Source: Gammaproteobacteria bacterium (GTDB taxonomy: Bacteria; Pseudomonadota; Gammaproteobacteria; Eutrophobiales; Eutrophobiaceae). Taken from it: 64,000 bases of DNA. Position numbers and translations under genes: made by a program. The stretch covers positions 278,415 through 342,414 of the forward strand of contig OZ242265.1 of NCBI GenBank assembly GCA_965207165.1, given 5' to 3'. This document shows positions 38,534-48,557 of this stretch, in pieces. The first letter of the stretch is position 1; the number at the start of each line of letters is the position of its first letter. The notes beneath the pieces were generated by a model. The model ran no database searches, was not told the DNA's origin, and worked only from the letters and a program-made list of their open reading frames with translations.

Positions 38534-38543
38534 TTCTTCATTC
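38518..38543. repeat. Short copy of the AATTAGG/AATTCGT heptamer family overlapping the antiporter stop codon
   Basis: AATTAGG-AATTCGT-AATTCTT; supplies the TAA at 38531-38533. Confidence 0.6.
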
Positions 38544-38804
38544 ACAAGTTGTCCGGGCAAATGACGTCCTGCCAGATGCCCGGACAGGCCACTCACGTGA
38601 TGGTTTCGGTTCCGGCATGTCCCTCCACCATCACCGCAGTACTTCCTGTACTGCTTCGGTCCAATAGAATGAAATGTTCACGTAACAGACTTCATCTTTT
38701 TGGACAGGCATGGGAAGTATACCGGGGCAGGAGGGTGAAGAATGTGAGAAATATCACATTTTGATAAAAATAATTCAGATAAATGAATGCAGCCTGCAGG
38801 ACGG

Positions 38805-39524
38805 CTATTTTTTATAAGTACCAGCCGTATCCTGGACCATGTTTTCAAGCTTTACCACGTCGTTAATCCGCAATGAGTTTTTCCCTTTATGGACCAGGCC
38901 GGATGATGAGAGCTGAGTCAACTCACGCGTTATTGCTTCCCGGTGAGTACTGATACGGCTGGCAAGGTCAACGTGCCTTGGCGCGGGCGAAATCGTCGCG
39001 GTATTGGCATCATCCATATTCTGCCAGGCCATTCTCAGCAGTTCAGCATGGATTCTGTTCCTGACATCCAATGAACTGAATTCAACCACACGCTCTGATA
39101 ACAGCCTGACCAGGTGGGCAATGCGCGCCAGTGTCCTGGTCATGATCGAAGGGTAAAGCTCTACGAGCCATAAAAAACACTCTGCCGAGATGGCTGCGAG
39201 GACAGTCTCACTCAAGGCTGAAACGTACGCGGACCTGGATTGGTTATCGACAGCCGCAATCTCACCGAACATTTCCCCCGCTGCCTGGTCACGGAAACTA
39301 ATCTCCTTTCCCGAAGCGGAACAAGTTGCAATCTTGACCCTGCCGCTGATGATGAAGTAAACATCGTTATCAACATCATCGTGGGAGGTAATGGTATCTC
39401 CGGCAGCGAACTTCATTCCCCGGCATTTATCCGCAACTACCTTACGTTCATTGAAGGAGAGGTCATAAAATAATTCAACCGCAGACAATGAACCCGCACT
39501 TATCTCAATGGATGTTTTTGCCAT
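38805..39524 (-). CDS. Crp/Fnr-family regulator with cNMP-binding cassette
   Basis: FGEIAAVDNQSRSA phosphate-binding cassette and HTH LASRISTHREAITREL. Confidence 0.92.
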   Translation of the reverse strand: MAKTSIEISAGSLSAVELFYDLSFNERKVVADKCRGMKFAAGDTITSHDDVDNDVYFIISGRVKIATCSASGKEISFRDQAAGEMFGEIAAVDNQSRSAYVSALSETVLAAISAECFLWLVELYPSIMTRTLARIAHLVRLLSERVVEFSSLDVRNRIHAELLRMAWQNMDDANTATISPAPRHVDLASRISTHREAITRELTQLSSSGLVHKGKNSLRINDVVKLENMVQDTAGTYKK

Positions 39525-39604
39525 TTGTTACACCCCTGTCAAATATTCCTTAAATGTACCCGGCTGAGATATGTTCTCGTGTGCCATTCCGTGTACGCTG
39601 TCGA

Positions 39605-41521
39605 TCAATGGTTTTCCCGGCCCCCGGCAAGTGAAGAATGATGGTTCAGTATTTCAGGATGGAGCCTGGCATAGTCAGGAAAGTGTTCCAGCATTATCCT
39701 GCTGATGCGCCGGTGCAATTTCTGCCTTACACGTTTTAACATGCTCTGGTACGCTACCGCGCGCATCAATGTCCATTTGAATGCGTACCTGGCGTCATTT
39801 CCATTTCCTGTCTTTAGCAGTAACCCTGACCTGCACAGGGAACTCAATGCGGGATCGAGCTTCTTCGGATGATGAGCCCAGACCTTTGCCAGCATGTCAT
39901 AGCTGAATTCACGACCCAGTGCGGCGCATATCTGTGCCACTTCGCGAGAGGATGAATCCTGGTCCAGCCGCGTCATTAACACGGTGCGTACTTTTCCAGG
40001 TATTTCGGTATCTTCAAGGAGTTGCGGAAGACTCCCGCTTCCCGGGCGCCATGCCAGCAGCGCTGTTCTGGTTAATTCTTCCAGGAAGAAGGGGATGCCG
40101 TCAGCTTTATCAACAATTCGGGATACGAGAGGGGCAGGAATGCGGATTTCCCCCGTTATCTGGCCTATTAACAATTCTGCAGCAGATCGGTTAATGGGTG
40201 ACAGGGAAATTCGTTCCACGTGGTCGCGTTCGAGCCATGGGGCGGGTGGTCTGAATTGAAGCCGGTGGGAGATTGCCAGGAGCACCGGCTTGCCGGGTAT
40301 CTGCATGACCAGTTCAGTAAGCAGTTCCAGAGCCCCCGGGGTTAACCATTGTGCATCTTCCAGGATGATAAGACAGGGTCTCGTTTCATCAGGGTTCCCG
40401 GTCAGGCTTTGCCTTGCACCGGTATCACCGGAAAGTGATCTGACAGTTGCCTGCATGCGCGCCAGGCAGGCGCGCATATCATCGTTCCCGTGCAATGGGG
40501 AACACTGGTAAATGAACCGGTTGCAGCTTTCCGGGGGAACATGTGCGCATACCGTCTCCAGCAGTTTTGATTTTCCAATACCTGTCTCGCCGCAAATCAG
40601 CACAACCCTGCCGTCCCGGCGCCGGGCCCGGTTCCACTGCCGGATAACGTGTTTGAATTCTCCGTCCCTGCCAACCAGTTCCGACCCATTGATTTTCCGG
40701 CCGTTGTGGAAGCGCGCACTCGAATCGGTTTCATCGACTACCTGCCACAGCAGCTGTGGTTTTTCAAATCCCGCTAATGAGCGCAGACCGATATTTTTCA
40801 ACCTGAAACGGTTTTGTACGAGGTTACGGGTCTCGGTACTGATGATGACCGTTCCGGGTTGTGCCATCGACTGTAATCTTGCAGCCAGGTTAGGAGCCTG
40901 GCCGATTACGGTTTCCTCCGGCACAGAGCCGGTTCCTGTAGAGTTCCCGACCACGACCAGTCCGGAGGCAATCCCTATTCGAACGGAAATACTGTTGCCT
41001 GCCCCATCCGCCAGTCCTGTTTTGCGTGTCTTAAATGCATTCAGCAGATCCAGGGCAGCATACACCGCCCGTTCCGCGTCATCTTCATGGGCCTGGGGAT
41101 AACCGAAACAGCTCAGGGTTCCGTCACCTGCATAGCCTGCCGTGAAGCCGCCATAGAATTTGATGGTTTCAACGCAAAGATTCCGGTATGTCTGAATCAG
41201 TTGCAACAGGTCTTCCGGGTCCAGTCTTGTAGCCAGGCTGGTCGAATTAACCAGGTCACAGAACACGATGGAGAGGTAGCGGCGTTCAACCCGGTTGATG
41301 GGGTCGGCGGTATCCGGTAGTTCAAAGCCGTTACCCCGGCGGTAACAGGCATCGTCTTTTCCGGCCATCCCGGGCAGCGGGATCCTGCAACTCCCGCACA
41401 ACCGGGAACTCGGTTCCCGGGCTGAGGCGTAGCCGCGGTAGTGCAGCACCAGTGAAGTTCCGCACCGTGAGCAGAAAGATCGCTGGTTATGGCTTGTGAG
41501 ACGTGGAAGAGTGTCGTCCAT
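39605..41521 (-). CDS. Class III adenylate/guanylate cyclase with N-terminal Zn ribbon and shortened AAA/STAND ATPase domain
   Basis: CxxC..CxxC, FCDLVNST, GDG, VRIGIASG, NLAARLQ, GETGIGKS, LEDAQW and GIPFFLEE motifs. Confidence 0.85.
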   Translation of the reverse strand: MDDTLPRLTSHNQRSFCSRCGTSLVLHYRGYASAREPSSRLCGSCRIPLPGMAGKDDACYRRGNGFELPDTADPINRVERRYLSIVFCDLVNSTSLATRLDPEDLLQLIQTYRNLCVETIKFYGGFTAGYAGDGTLSCFGYPQAHEDDAERAVYAALDLLNAFKTRKTGLADGAGNSISVRIGIASGLVVVGNSTGTGSVPEETVIGQAPNLAARLQSMAQPGTVIISTETRNLVQNRFRLKNIGLRSLAGFEKPQLLWQVVDETDSSARFHNGRKINGSELVGRDGEFKHVIRQWNRARRRDGRVVLICGETGIGKSKLLETVCAHVPPESCNRFIYQCSPLHGNDDMRACLARMQATVRSLSGDTGARQSLTGNPDETRPCLIILEDAQWLTPGALELLTELVMQIPGKPVLLAISHRLQFRPPAPWLERDHVERISLSPINRSAAELLIGQITGEIRIPAPLVSRIVDKADGIPFFLEELTRTALLAWRPGSGSLPQLLEDTEIPGKVRTVLMTRLDQDSSSREVAQICAALGREFSYDMLAKVWAHHPKKLDPALSSLCRSGLLLKTGNGNDARYAFKWTLMRAVAYQSMLKRVRQKLHRRISRIMLEHFPDYARLHPEILNHHSSLAGGRENH

Positions 41522-41791
41522 TACAGCAACGACGGAGACGGGCCCGATGGCGGATAAGACTGGTCCGTGGTCAGAAACGATATAACACGATCCATCGCCG
41601 TTCCAATCCCGAGAGATCCGAATTAGACTTTTCCATTTACAAACTTACTACCAAAACCACTCATTAAATTCATATTGTGGCTTATAACGGGTACAGCCTA
41701 AACCAGACAGCTGTTGCTGTCAATTCCCGGTACTCTTTCCAATCAATATTAACTGAAAAGAGTACTGGTCATCCGTTTTTTACCGGCCCGG

Positions 41792-42859
41792 TCAGCCACA
41801 GAATGCCTTAGCGACCGCATCATCGAATTCACTGAATTGGTTCTGTAAGGATATTGCTGCACTGAGTTGTCCCCTGGCCCTGATCTCACTGTGTTCACTG
41901 TGGCTGCCGAACCTGCCCGCATCCCACGAAAAATAATCCTCGTTCAGGGCATCGGCACAGAAACGGGCGGCCAGCTCGAGGTATATCGTCAGCGTTGCCT
42001 GCGGGATGGCCTGCCGTTCCTCACGGGTGAGCAGATCTCCTGCATGAACGGCATAACCGTCAAGCGCGGCGCGGCAATGGGCCATGGAGAAGCAGCCGTC
42101 AATCGTATCTTCCCCTGGCGGATTGCACCAGGAGCGCAGGGCATCGCCGATTTCCAGGTAGACCGGCATCCTGGCGAGGGTGTCGAAATCGACCATGCAC
42201 TTCACGTCCCGGTCGTCGCTGGTAAAGATGAAATTGGATATTTTCGGATCACCGTGAACCAGGCGTTCTGCAACTGCAGGCAATGGCGGCAGTTGCTCCA
42301 GGCGCGCCAGGATAGTATTGCCCAGTGGTTTGACGGCATCATACCTGTCATGGCCCTTGCTGTTCTCCAGGGTATCTTCCAGGTGACGTGTATGGCGGGG
42401 TGTATCATGAGTACCCGGACGGGAGGTCTGTAACTCGTAATCCAGCAGCGCCAGTGCCCCGTGCATACGGCCCAGCATGGCGCCGGCCGCCCTGGCCAGG
42501 TTCGGATGCTGTACCTGTTGATGGATATTGCCGCTGATGTAATTGAACAGTCGCCAGATCCGGCTGTGTTCCCGGTGAAACACCATCCCGTCCCGGTCGT
42601 GCAGTAACCTCGGGGTCAACAGTCCTGCTTCCTCCAGATGGCGGGTTACCACGTCGATATCCAGGTTGATACCGGGAGGAAACATCCCGTTTACCGCCTG
42701 CAGGATATAATCCAGGCCGTTAACATCCGCAACGTGGTAAGTCCTGTTAATCAGGCCGGATTTGACCGGATGCACCCGGGCAGCGATGATGTCATAAGCC
42801 GCGAGGACATCCCGGATCTGTTCAGGGATCGGCGCATTCATGGACTGAGAGAATCTCAT
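41792..42859 (-). CDS. APH/choline-kinase-like phosphotransferase (N-acetylhexosamine 1-kinase-like)
   Basis: GLINRTY, HGDPKISNF, VDFDT and GDALRSW motifs. Confidence 0.85.
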   Translation of the reverse strand: MRFSQSMNAPIPEQIRDVLAAYDIIAARVHPVKSGLINRTYHVADVNGLDYILQAVNGMFPPGINLDIDVVTRHLEEAGLLTPRLLHDRDGMVFHREHSRIWRLFNYISGNIHQQVQHPNLARAAGAMLGRMHGALALLDYELQTSRPGTHDTPRHTRHLEDTLENSKGHDRYDAVKPLGNTILARLEQLPPLPAVAERLVHGDPKISNFIFTSDDRDVKCMVDFDTLARMPVYLEIGDALRSWCNPPGEDTIDGCFSMAHCRAALDGYAVHAGDLLTREERQAIPQATLTIYLELAARFCADALNEDYFSWDAGRFGSHSEHSEIRARGQLSAAISLQNQFSEFDDAVAKAFCG

Positions 42860-43232
42860 ACCGGCACAATTCGCGCAATTCCGGCTTTACGGCCACAGCA
42901 GGACGGCAGGTTTAAGAGGCAGCCCGCTAATCGTCAGGACCTGGTTGAACTGCGGTCAGGGAAATAAAACCGAAATTGCGCGTGTCCGGTTCTTGTAATA
43001 GAATAATACGCCGACCGGAACATAACTGATTTTAAGAATTTCATAATGATTTAATGTTTCCTGTTGTATAATTTGCCGTTGTCTGCTTGACTCTTGCCAG
43101 AACAGGCAGAATACTAAAACAAAAACAGGTGGATATCGAAAAACCGATCTGATTGAATTGGACCATGCAGCCTGGCTGCAGGGATTTTTGAAGTTTGCCT
43201 TACATCATCACCGCTGGGGAGGTTATTTCCTT

Positions 43233-44012
43233 ATGGATACTATGAAAATATTAGTAACTTTCAGCAAGTTATTAATGTTGAGTCTTGTATTTGGATTCAG
43301 TTCGGCCATATACAGCCAGGATGCGATTGACCAGGTTGTGGACGAAGGCGTTGCCCGTAGCCAGGAGGCGGCAGAGTCACAGAAACGCATTGATGCAACA
43401 TCGAGTGACACGGAGAAGATTGCATCGAGATACCGGCGTGAACTGAAAGTCATAGACGGACTGAAGGTCTATAACGCGCTATTACAGAAACAGGTTGACG
43501 ATCAAAACCGGGAAAAACGCACGATAGCAGAATCCATTGATGAAATAGCAGTCGTGGAACGCCAGATTTTCCCCCTCATGCTCAGAATGGCAAATACCCT
43601 GGAACAGTTTGTCGAGCTTGACCGCCCCTTTCACATGGAGGAACGCCGCAAAAGGGTAGCGGATGTGAAAGCGTATATCGGTGATGCCGGTATTACTGCG
43701 GCGGAAAAATTACGCCTGGTGCTTGAAGCCTATCGAATCGAGACGAGTTTCGGCGGTGACCTGGATGAATACAGCGACGTAATCGAGATCAATGGTCAGG
43801 AACGACCGGTGAACGTATTGCGCTTCGGTCGTCTTGTGCTGGCCTACCAGACCGACGACGGCAAGGAAAACGGCGTCTGGGATCAGGAAATGCGCCAGTG
43901 GGTGCCCCTGGATTCGGCGGAGTATCGAAATTACATCCGCCAGGGGCTGAAGATCGCCAGGAAGCAGCTACCGCCCGACATATTCATCCTGCCGGTGAGC
44001 GCGGCGCAGTAA
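43233..44012 (+). CDS. DUF3450 (TtpB-like) periplasmic coiled-coil protein of a TonB2 cluster
   Basis: PLMLRMANTLEQFVELDRPF..ER, EKLRLVLEAYRIE and LRFGRLVL motifs; GGAGG RBS before ATG 43233. Confidence 0.85.
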   Translation: MDTMKILVTFSKLLMLSLVFGFSSAIYSQDAIDQVVDEGVARSQEAAESQKRIDATSSDTEKIASRYRRELKVIDGLKVYNALLQKQVDDQNREKRTIAESIDEIAVVERQIFPLMLRMANTLEQFVELDRPFHMEERRKRVADVKAYIGDAGITAAEKLRLVLEAYRIETSFGGDLDEYSDVIEINGQERPVNVLRFGRLVLAYQTDDGKENGVWDQEMRQWVPLDSAEYRNYIRQGLKIARKQLPPDIFILPVSAAQ

Positions 44013-44028
44013 CAGAGGAGAGCCAGAC

Positions 44029-45405
44029 GTGAAATATTACAAACACCTAATCGTTGTTACATTACTTTCAGGTTACCTGTCTGCTGCCGTTGCCGCCGAT
44101 GACGCCATGTCGCTCGACACGCTGCTGGACCAGGTACAGCAGGGCAGGATCGATGAATCCAAGGATAACGTGGCCAGGGAGGAGGCGTTTCAGCGTGACA
44201 AGGCAAACCAGGCTGCGTTAATGCAGCAAGCCAACCAGGAGCGGGCTAACCTGGAAGCTGTCAGTGAGCGGCTGGAGAAGGAGTTCGAGGCCAACCAGGA
44301 CGATATAGACATCCTCAAGCAAGACCTGCAGGAAGCCCTGGGTTCATTAAAGGAGTTGTTTGGGGTGCTGCAGACTGCTGCCGGCGATTCGCGGGCTACA
44401 TTTGACTCTTCGCTGACCAATATTGAATACCCCCATCGCGGCGATTTCATGACCGAACTGGCGGAGAAGATGGGCTCCGGTAGTGAGCTGGCATCCCTGG
44501 AAGAGATCGAAGAGCTCTGGTTTGAGATCCAGCGGGAAATGACCGAAACCGGCAAGGTGAAGCGCTTCAGGGGAAGTGTCGTCCTGCCTGATGGGCAGGA
44601 AGTGGAACAGGACATCATCAGGATAGGCGTATTCAACCTGGTCAGCGACGGCAAATACCTGAAATATGACCCGGAAACACAGAAGATTTCCGAACTGCTG
44701 CGCCAGCCGGAAGATCGCTTCGTCAACGGCGCCGCAGATCTGGATGAAGCTGAAGGCGGCTTTGTCCCGTTCGGTCTGGACCCGACCAAGGGCCAGTTGC
44801 TGGGCCAACTGGTCGACGTGCCCAGCTGGTATGAACGATCCACGACCCAGGGCGGGACGGTAGGCTGGATTATCATCGGCTTGGGTATCTTCGGCATCAC
44901 GGTCGCCCTGCTCAGGATACTTTACATGATGGGTGTCGGCATGTCGGTTGCCAAACAGGTACGCAACCTGAATAATCCGTCCGCTAATAATCCACTCGGC
45001 CGGGTATTGCTTGCCTACCACGAGAACAAGGAAATCGATGTGGAATCCCTGGAATTGAAGATGGGCGAGGCGGTATTACGCGAGGTCCCGAAGCTGAGCC
45101 GGTTAAACACCTTGATCAAGGTCATCTCCGTGGTTGCCCCGCTGCTCGGGTTGCTGGGAACGGTTATCGGCATGATCGTGACGTTCCAGTCCATCACCCT
45201 GTTCGGTACCGGCGACCCGAAACTCATGGCCGGCGGTATCTCCCAGGCCTTGATTACCACGATGCTGGGCTTGTGCGTTGCCATTCCGACGGTGTTCCTG
45301 CACAGTATGATGGCCGGCCAGAGCCGGAAGATCATCGAGACGCTGGAAGGGCAGGCAACCGGTTTTGTCGCCGAGGCGTCCGAACAACAGCACCAGAGTG
45401 CGTAG
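44029..45405 (+). CDS. ttpC: TtpC-like long MotA/TolQ/ExbB protein
   Basis: Signal peptide, coiled coil, RIGVFNL, LDPTKG and a C-terminal APLLGLLGTV..GGISQAL channel domain. Confidence 0.85.
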   Translation: MKYYKHLIVVTLLSGYLSAAVAADDAMSLDTLLDQVQQGRIDESKDNVAREEAFQRDKANQAALMQQANQERANLEAVSERLEKEFEANQDDIDILKQDLQEALGSLKELFGVLQTAAGDSRATFDSSLTNIEYPHRGDFMTELAEKMGSGSELASLEEIEELWFEIQREMTETGKVKRFRGSVVLPDGQEVEQDIIRIGVFNLVSDGKYLKYDPETQKISELLRQPEDRFVNGAADLDEAEGGFVPFGLDPTKGQLLGQLVDVPSWYERSTTQGGTVGWIIIGLGIFGITVALLRILYMMGVGMSVAKQVRNLNNPSANNPLGRVLLAYHENKEIDVESLELKMGEAVLREVPKLSRLNTLIKVISVVAPLLGLLGTVIGMIVTFQSITLFGTGDPKLMAGGISQALITTMLGLCVAIPTVFLHSMMAGQSRKIIETLEGQATGFVAEASEQQHQSA

Positions 45406-45418
45406 TCGATAAAGAAAA

Positions 45419-46000
45419 ATGGTTGATATCATCTATTCAATCCTGCGCGGCATTACTTCCCTGTTCGGTCTCGAACAGGGTTTCATCGATATGTGGGAAT
45501 CCATTCGTGATTTCCTGGAACTGGGAGGACCTGTTTTATACCTGGTAGCCCTGGTGCTGGCCATTATGTGGCTGTGTATCGTGGAACGGTTGATTTATTT
45601 CTCGGTGCGCCAGCCGCGTCTGTCCGAGGATGCCGTCAAGCGCTGGGACACGCGCCCGGAAAGAAAATCCTGGAATGCCCACCGGGTGCGGGAAGCCATG
45701 ATATCGGATGTCAAGATCCAGGCAAATCAATTCCTGGGAACCATCAAGGTATGTGTCGCCCTATGTCCTCTGGTAGGTTTGCTGGGAACGGTGACAGGGA
45801 TGGTCACGGTTTTTGAGGTGATGGCATTTCTTGGCACCGGCAACGCCAGGGCCATGGCGGCCGGGGTGTCGCAGGCTACGGTGCCGACCATGTCCGGCAT
45901 GGTCGCGGCGCTGTCCGGCTATTTCATCAGTGTCTGGTTGCAGAGCAAGGCTGATTCAGAGGTCGAGAAACTGAGTGAGCACTTGACTATGGACCATTAA
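45419..46000 (+). CDS. exbB: ExbB
   Basis: CPLVGLLGTVTGM...AGVSQATVPTMSG motifs. Confidence 0.9.
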   Translation: MVDIIYSILRGITSLFGLEQGFIDMWESIRDFLELGGPVLYLVALVLAIMWLCIVERLIYFSVRQPRLSEDAVKRWDTRPERKSWNAHRVREAMISDVKIQANQFLGTIKVCVALCPLVGLLGTVTGMVTVFEVMAFLGTGNARAMAAGVSQATVPTMSGMVAALSGYFISVWLQSKADSEVEKLSEHLTMDH

Positions 46001-46026
46001 CGTATCTGTTGTGAGGAAGGTTAACC

Positions 46027-46428
46027 ATGCGTAGAATCACCAGTGTAACTACTGACGATGAATCAGAGGTCAACATCACTCCCCTGATTGATATCGTATT
46101 CATCATGCTGATTTTCTTCATCGTAACGGCGACCTTCGTCAAGGAGGCCGGTATCGACGTGAACAAACCTGACGCGCCGACTGCCGAAGTGAAGAAAAAA
46201 GCGAATATCCTGATAGCCATCGATGCCAACAACAATATCTGGCTGGATCGCAGGAAGATCGATGTCCGTTCCGTTATTCCGAATATCAAGCGTCTGCGCT
46301 CCGAGAACCCGGAGGGTTCCGTTGTCATTCAGGCGGATGAAGAATCCAAGAATAAAATGCTGGTCGAGGTCATGGACGCGGCGCGCCAGGCAGGCGTGAC
46401 CAATATCGCGCTTGCAGCCGAAAAATAA
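46027..46428 (+). CDS. exbD: ExbD
   Basis: ITPLIDIVFIMLIFFIV and VVIQAD..VMDAARQAG motifs. Confidence 0.95.
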   Translation: MRRITSVTTDDESEVNITPLIDIVFIMLIFFIVTATFVKEAGIDVNKPDAPTAEVKKKANILIAIDANNNIWLDRRKIDVRSVIPNIKRLRSENPEGSVVIQADEESKNKMLVEVMDAARQAGVTNIALAAEK

Positions 46429-46440
46429 CGGCGTGTCCTA

Positions 46441-47070
46441 ATGGTTGCCCGTACTCTTCTTGTTGGCCGTTATGTCATTGCAGGGGTGTCTGCGCTTATT
46501 GTTGTTTTCGGCCTGTTCTGGCTTATGCAGTACCTGATTAATATAGCCGACCGTGAACTGGATCAGGATGAGGCGGGCAGGATGCTGGAGTTTGTCCGGG
46601 TCAATCCGGAAGAGGTGGTCAACCGGCGCAAACCGCCGCCGAGAAAACCGCCGCCACCGGACCAGCCACCACCGGAACCGCCGCCTCCCTCCATGGATAA
46701 CATAACGCCTGAGGCGCAGTCCGTACAGGTATCGGCAGCCCCGGTGAACACGAATATCAACCTGGATGCCAGCGGTTTCGGCCTGGCGCCCAGTGACGGG
46801 GAATACCTGCCCATCGTCAAGGTGCAGCCTATCTATCCCAGGCGGGCGCAGTCCCGGGGTATCGAGGGTTATGTCATTGTTGAGTTCACGGTGACCAAAT
46901 CCGGTACCACCAAGGATATCCGCATAGTCGAGGCAGTACCCCCGGGTGTTTTTGACAAGGCATCCATGGCGGCAGCGGCCAAGTTCAAGTATAAACCCCG
47001 CGTCGTCGATGGCCAGCCGATCGAGGTTCCCGGCGTACAAAACAAGATCACTTTCGAACTGGAAGATTAG
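46441..47070 (+). CDS. tonB: Energy transducer TonB (short TonB2 type)
   Basis: TM helix, Pro-rich segment, and YPRRAQSRGIEGYVIVEFTV...KFKYKP C-terminal domain. Confidence 0.95.
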   Translation: MVARTLLVGRYVIAGVSALIVVFGLFWLMQYLINIADRELDQDEAGRMLEFVRVNPEEVVNRRKPPPRKPPPPDQPPPEPPPPSMDNITPEAQSVQVSAAPVNTNINLDASGFGLAPSDGEYLPIVKVQPIYPRRAQSRGIEGYVIVEFTVTKSGTTKDIRIVEAVPPGVFDKASMAAAAKFKYKPRVVDGQPIEVPGVQNKITFELED

Positions 47071-47088
47071 TTCCGGAGCCAGATACTC

Positions 47089-48426
47089 ATGAGTATTCGC
47101 AGCGCAATGACCAATTCTACTTTTCTCTGCAACGTATTACTGGTTTTAACGTTTGTCATTACCCCTGTATTCGTTGTATCCACAATACCGGCCGTATCCG
47201 CACAGGATTCATCGGATTCGGGAGAAAAGCGCAAAACCCGGAAAACGCCCTCCATGAGCGAGAAGGTGTATAACAAGCTTACGGAAGCACAGGAACTGAT
47301 AGAGGCAAAAGATTACGTTGCGGGGCTGGCGGCGCTGTCAGACCTGGCCAGTGAACCCAAGCTGTCGAACTACGAAAAGGCGCAGCTATACAATTATTTT
47401 GCCTATACCTATTTCACCCTGGAGAGATACGAGGACGCTATCGCCTCTTATGAACAGGTGCTGGCGCAACCCGATCTGCCCGAGGCGCTGGAGACCAACT
47501 CCTTGTATACCCTTGCCCAGCTTTATTTCATTATCGAGAATTATCAAAAGGCGGTCGAGATCATCAACAGGTGGCTCACCTTGACCGAGAAGCCGACTGA
47601 AAACGCCTACATGCTGCTGGGACAGGGCTACTATCAACTGGAACAGTACGAAAATTCCCTGGTCCCGCTGAAGAAGGCTTACGCCATGGTCAGGGGCCGC
47701 GGCGATATACCGAAACAGAACCTGTTGCTGCTGCTGCGGGTGGACTATTACAATCTCGGCGATTACGAGAATATGCTCGAGATATTAAAGGAACTGGTCG
47801 AGTTATACCCGAAAGTGGAATACTGGCTGACCATGGCCGGTACTTATTCCGAATTGAAACGGCTGGACAAGCAGATGTCCATCCTGGAGATGATGTACGA
47901 GGCAGGATCGCTGCAGAGAGGCAACCAGCAACTGAACCTGGCCAACCTGTATATGCTGCATGAGGCCCCCTACAAGGCAGCGGTGTTGCTGGAAAAGGGA
48001 ATGGGCGAGGGTAAGATCGAGGAAAACATCAGGAACCTGAGATTGCTGTCACAGGCGTGGCTGCAGGCCCAGGAGAATGAGAAATCACTTCCGCCTTTAA
48101 TACAGGCGGCAAAGCTGACCAAGGACGGCGAACTTGACATGCGCCTGGCCCAGGCTTATATCAATCTTTACAGGTATGATGAGGCCGTTAAATCACTGCG
48201 GACAGCATTCAAGAAAGGCGGCCTGAAACGGCCCGACCAGGCTAATATCATGCTGGGCCTGGCCTTGTTTGAGACACAGAATTTTGATGACTCCCTGGAA
48301 GCCTTCCGCGCAGCCAGCAAAGACAAGCGGAGTCGCAAGGCTGCGGAGACCTGGCTGGGCTACGTAACCAGCGAGAAACAAAGGAAGAAACAACTCGAAG
48401 AAAGTCTGCAACAACGCCGCAGTTGA
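47089..48426 (+). CDS. TPR protein (TtpD-like)
   Basis: Signal peptide and multiple TPR motifs; last gene of the TonB2 cluster. Confidence 0.85.
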   Translation: MSIRSAMTNSTFLCNVLLVLTFVITPVFVVSTIPAVSAQDSSDSGEKRKTRKTPSMSEKVYNKLTEAQELIEAKDYVAGLAALSDLASEPKLSNYEKAQLYNYFAYTYFTLERYEDAIASYEQVLAQPDLPEALETNSLYTLAQLYFIIENYQKAVEIINRWLTLTEKPTENAYMLLGQGYYQLEQYENSLVPLKKAYAMVRGRGDIPKQNLLLLLRVDYYNLGDYENMLEILKELVELYPKVEYWLTMAGTYSELKRLDKQMSILEMMYEAGSLQRGNQQLNLANLYMLHEAPYKAAVLLEKGMGEGKIEENIRNLRLLSQAWLQAQENEKSLPPLIQAAKLTKDGELDMRLAQAYINLYRYDEAVKSLRTAFKKGGLKRPDQANIMLGLALFETQNFDDSLEAFRAASKDKRSRKAAETWLGYVTSEKQRKKQLEESLQQRRS

Positions 48427-48433
48427 TATTATC

Positions 48434-48461
48434 CGCAGATTACGCAGATTTTCGCAGATTA
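48434..48461. repeat. Three tandem CGCAGATT units (about 9-bp period)
   Basis: CGCAGATTA-CGCAGATTTT-CGCAGATTA just after the TPR stop codon. Confidence 0.75.
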
Positions 48462-48557
48462 TTTTTTGCTGCGGGAGTTTTATCCGAATAGTCCCGACAT
48501 CTGCTCAAACGAACTGATGCCTGTCGTTCGTATGTGAGCGGGTCTAATCCCACAATC

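Noticed and set aside
43042-43060. Fur box upstream of the TonB2 cluster
   Set aside because: Only about 11 of 19 matches to GATAATGATAATCATTATC and not palindromic.
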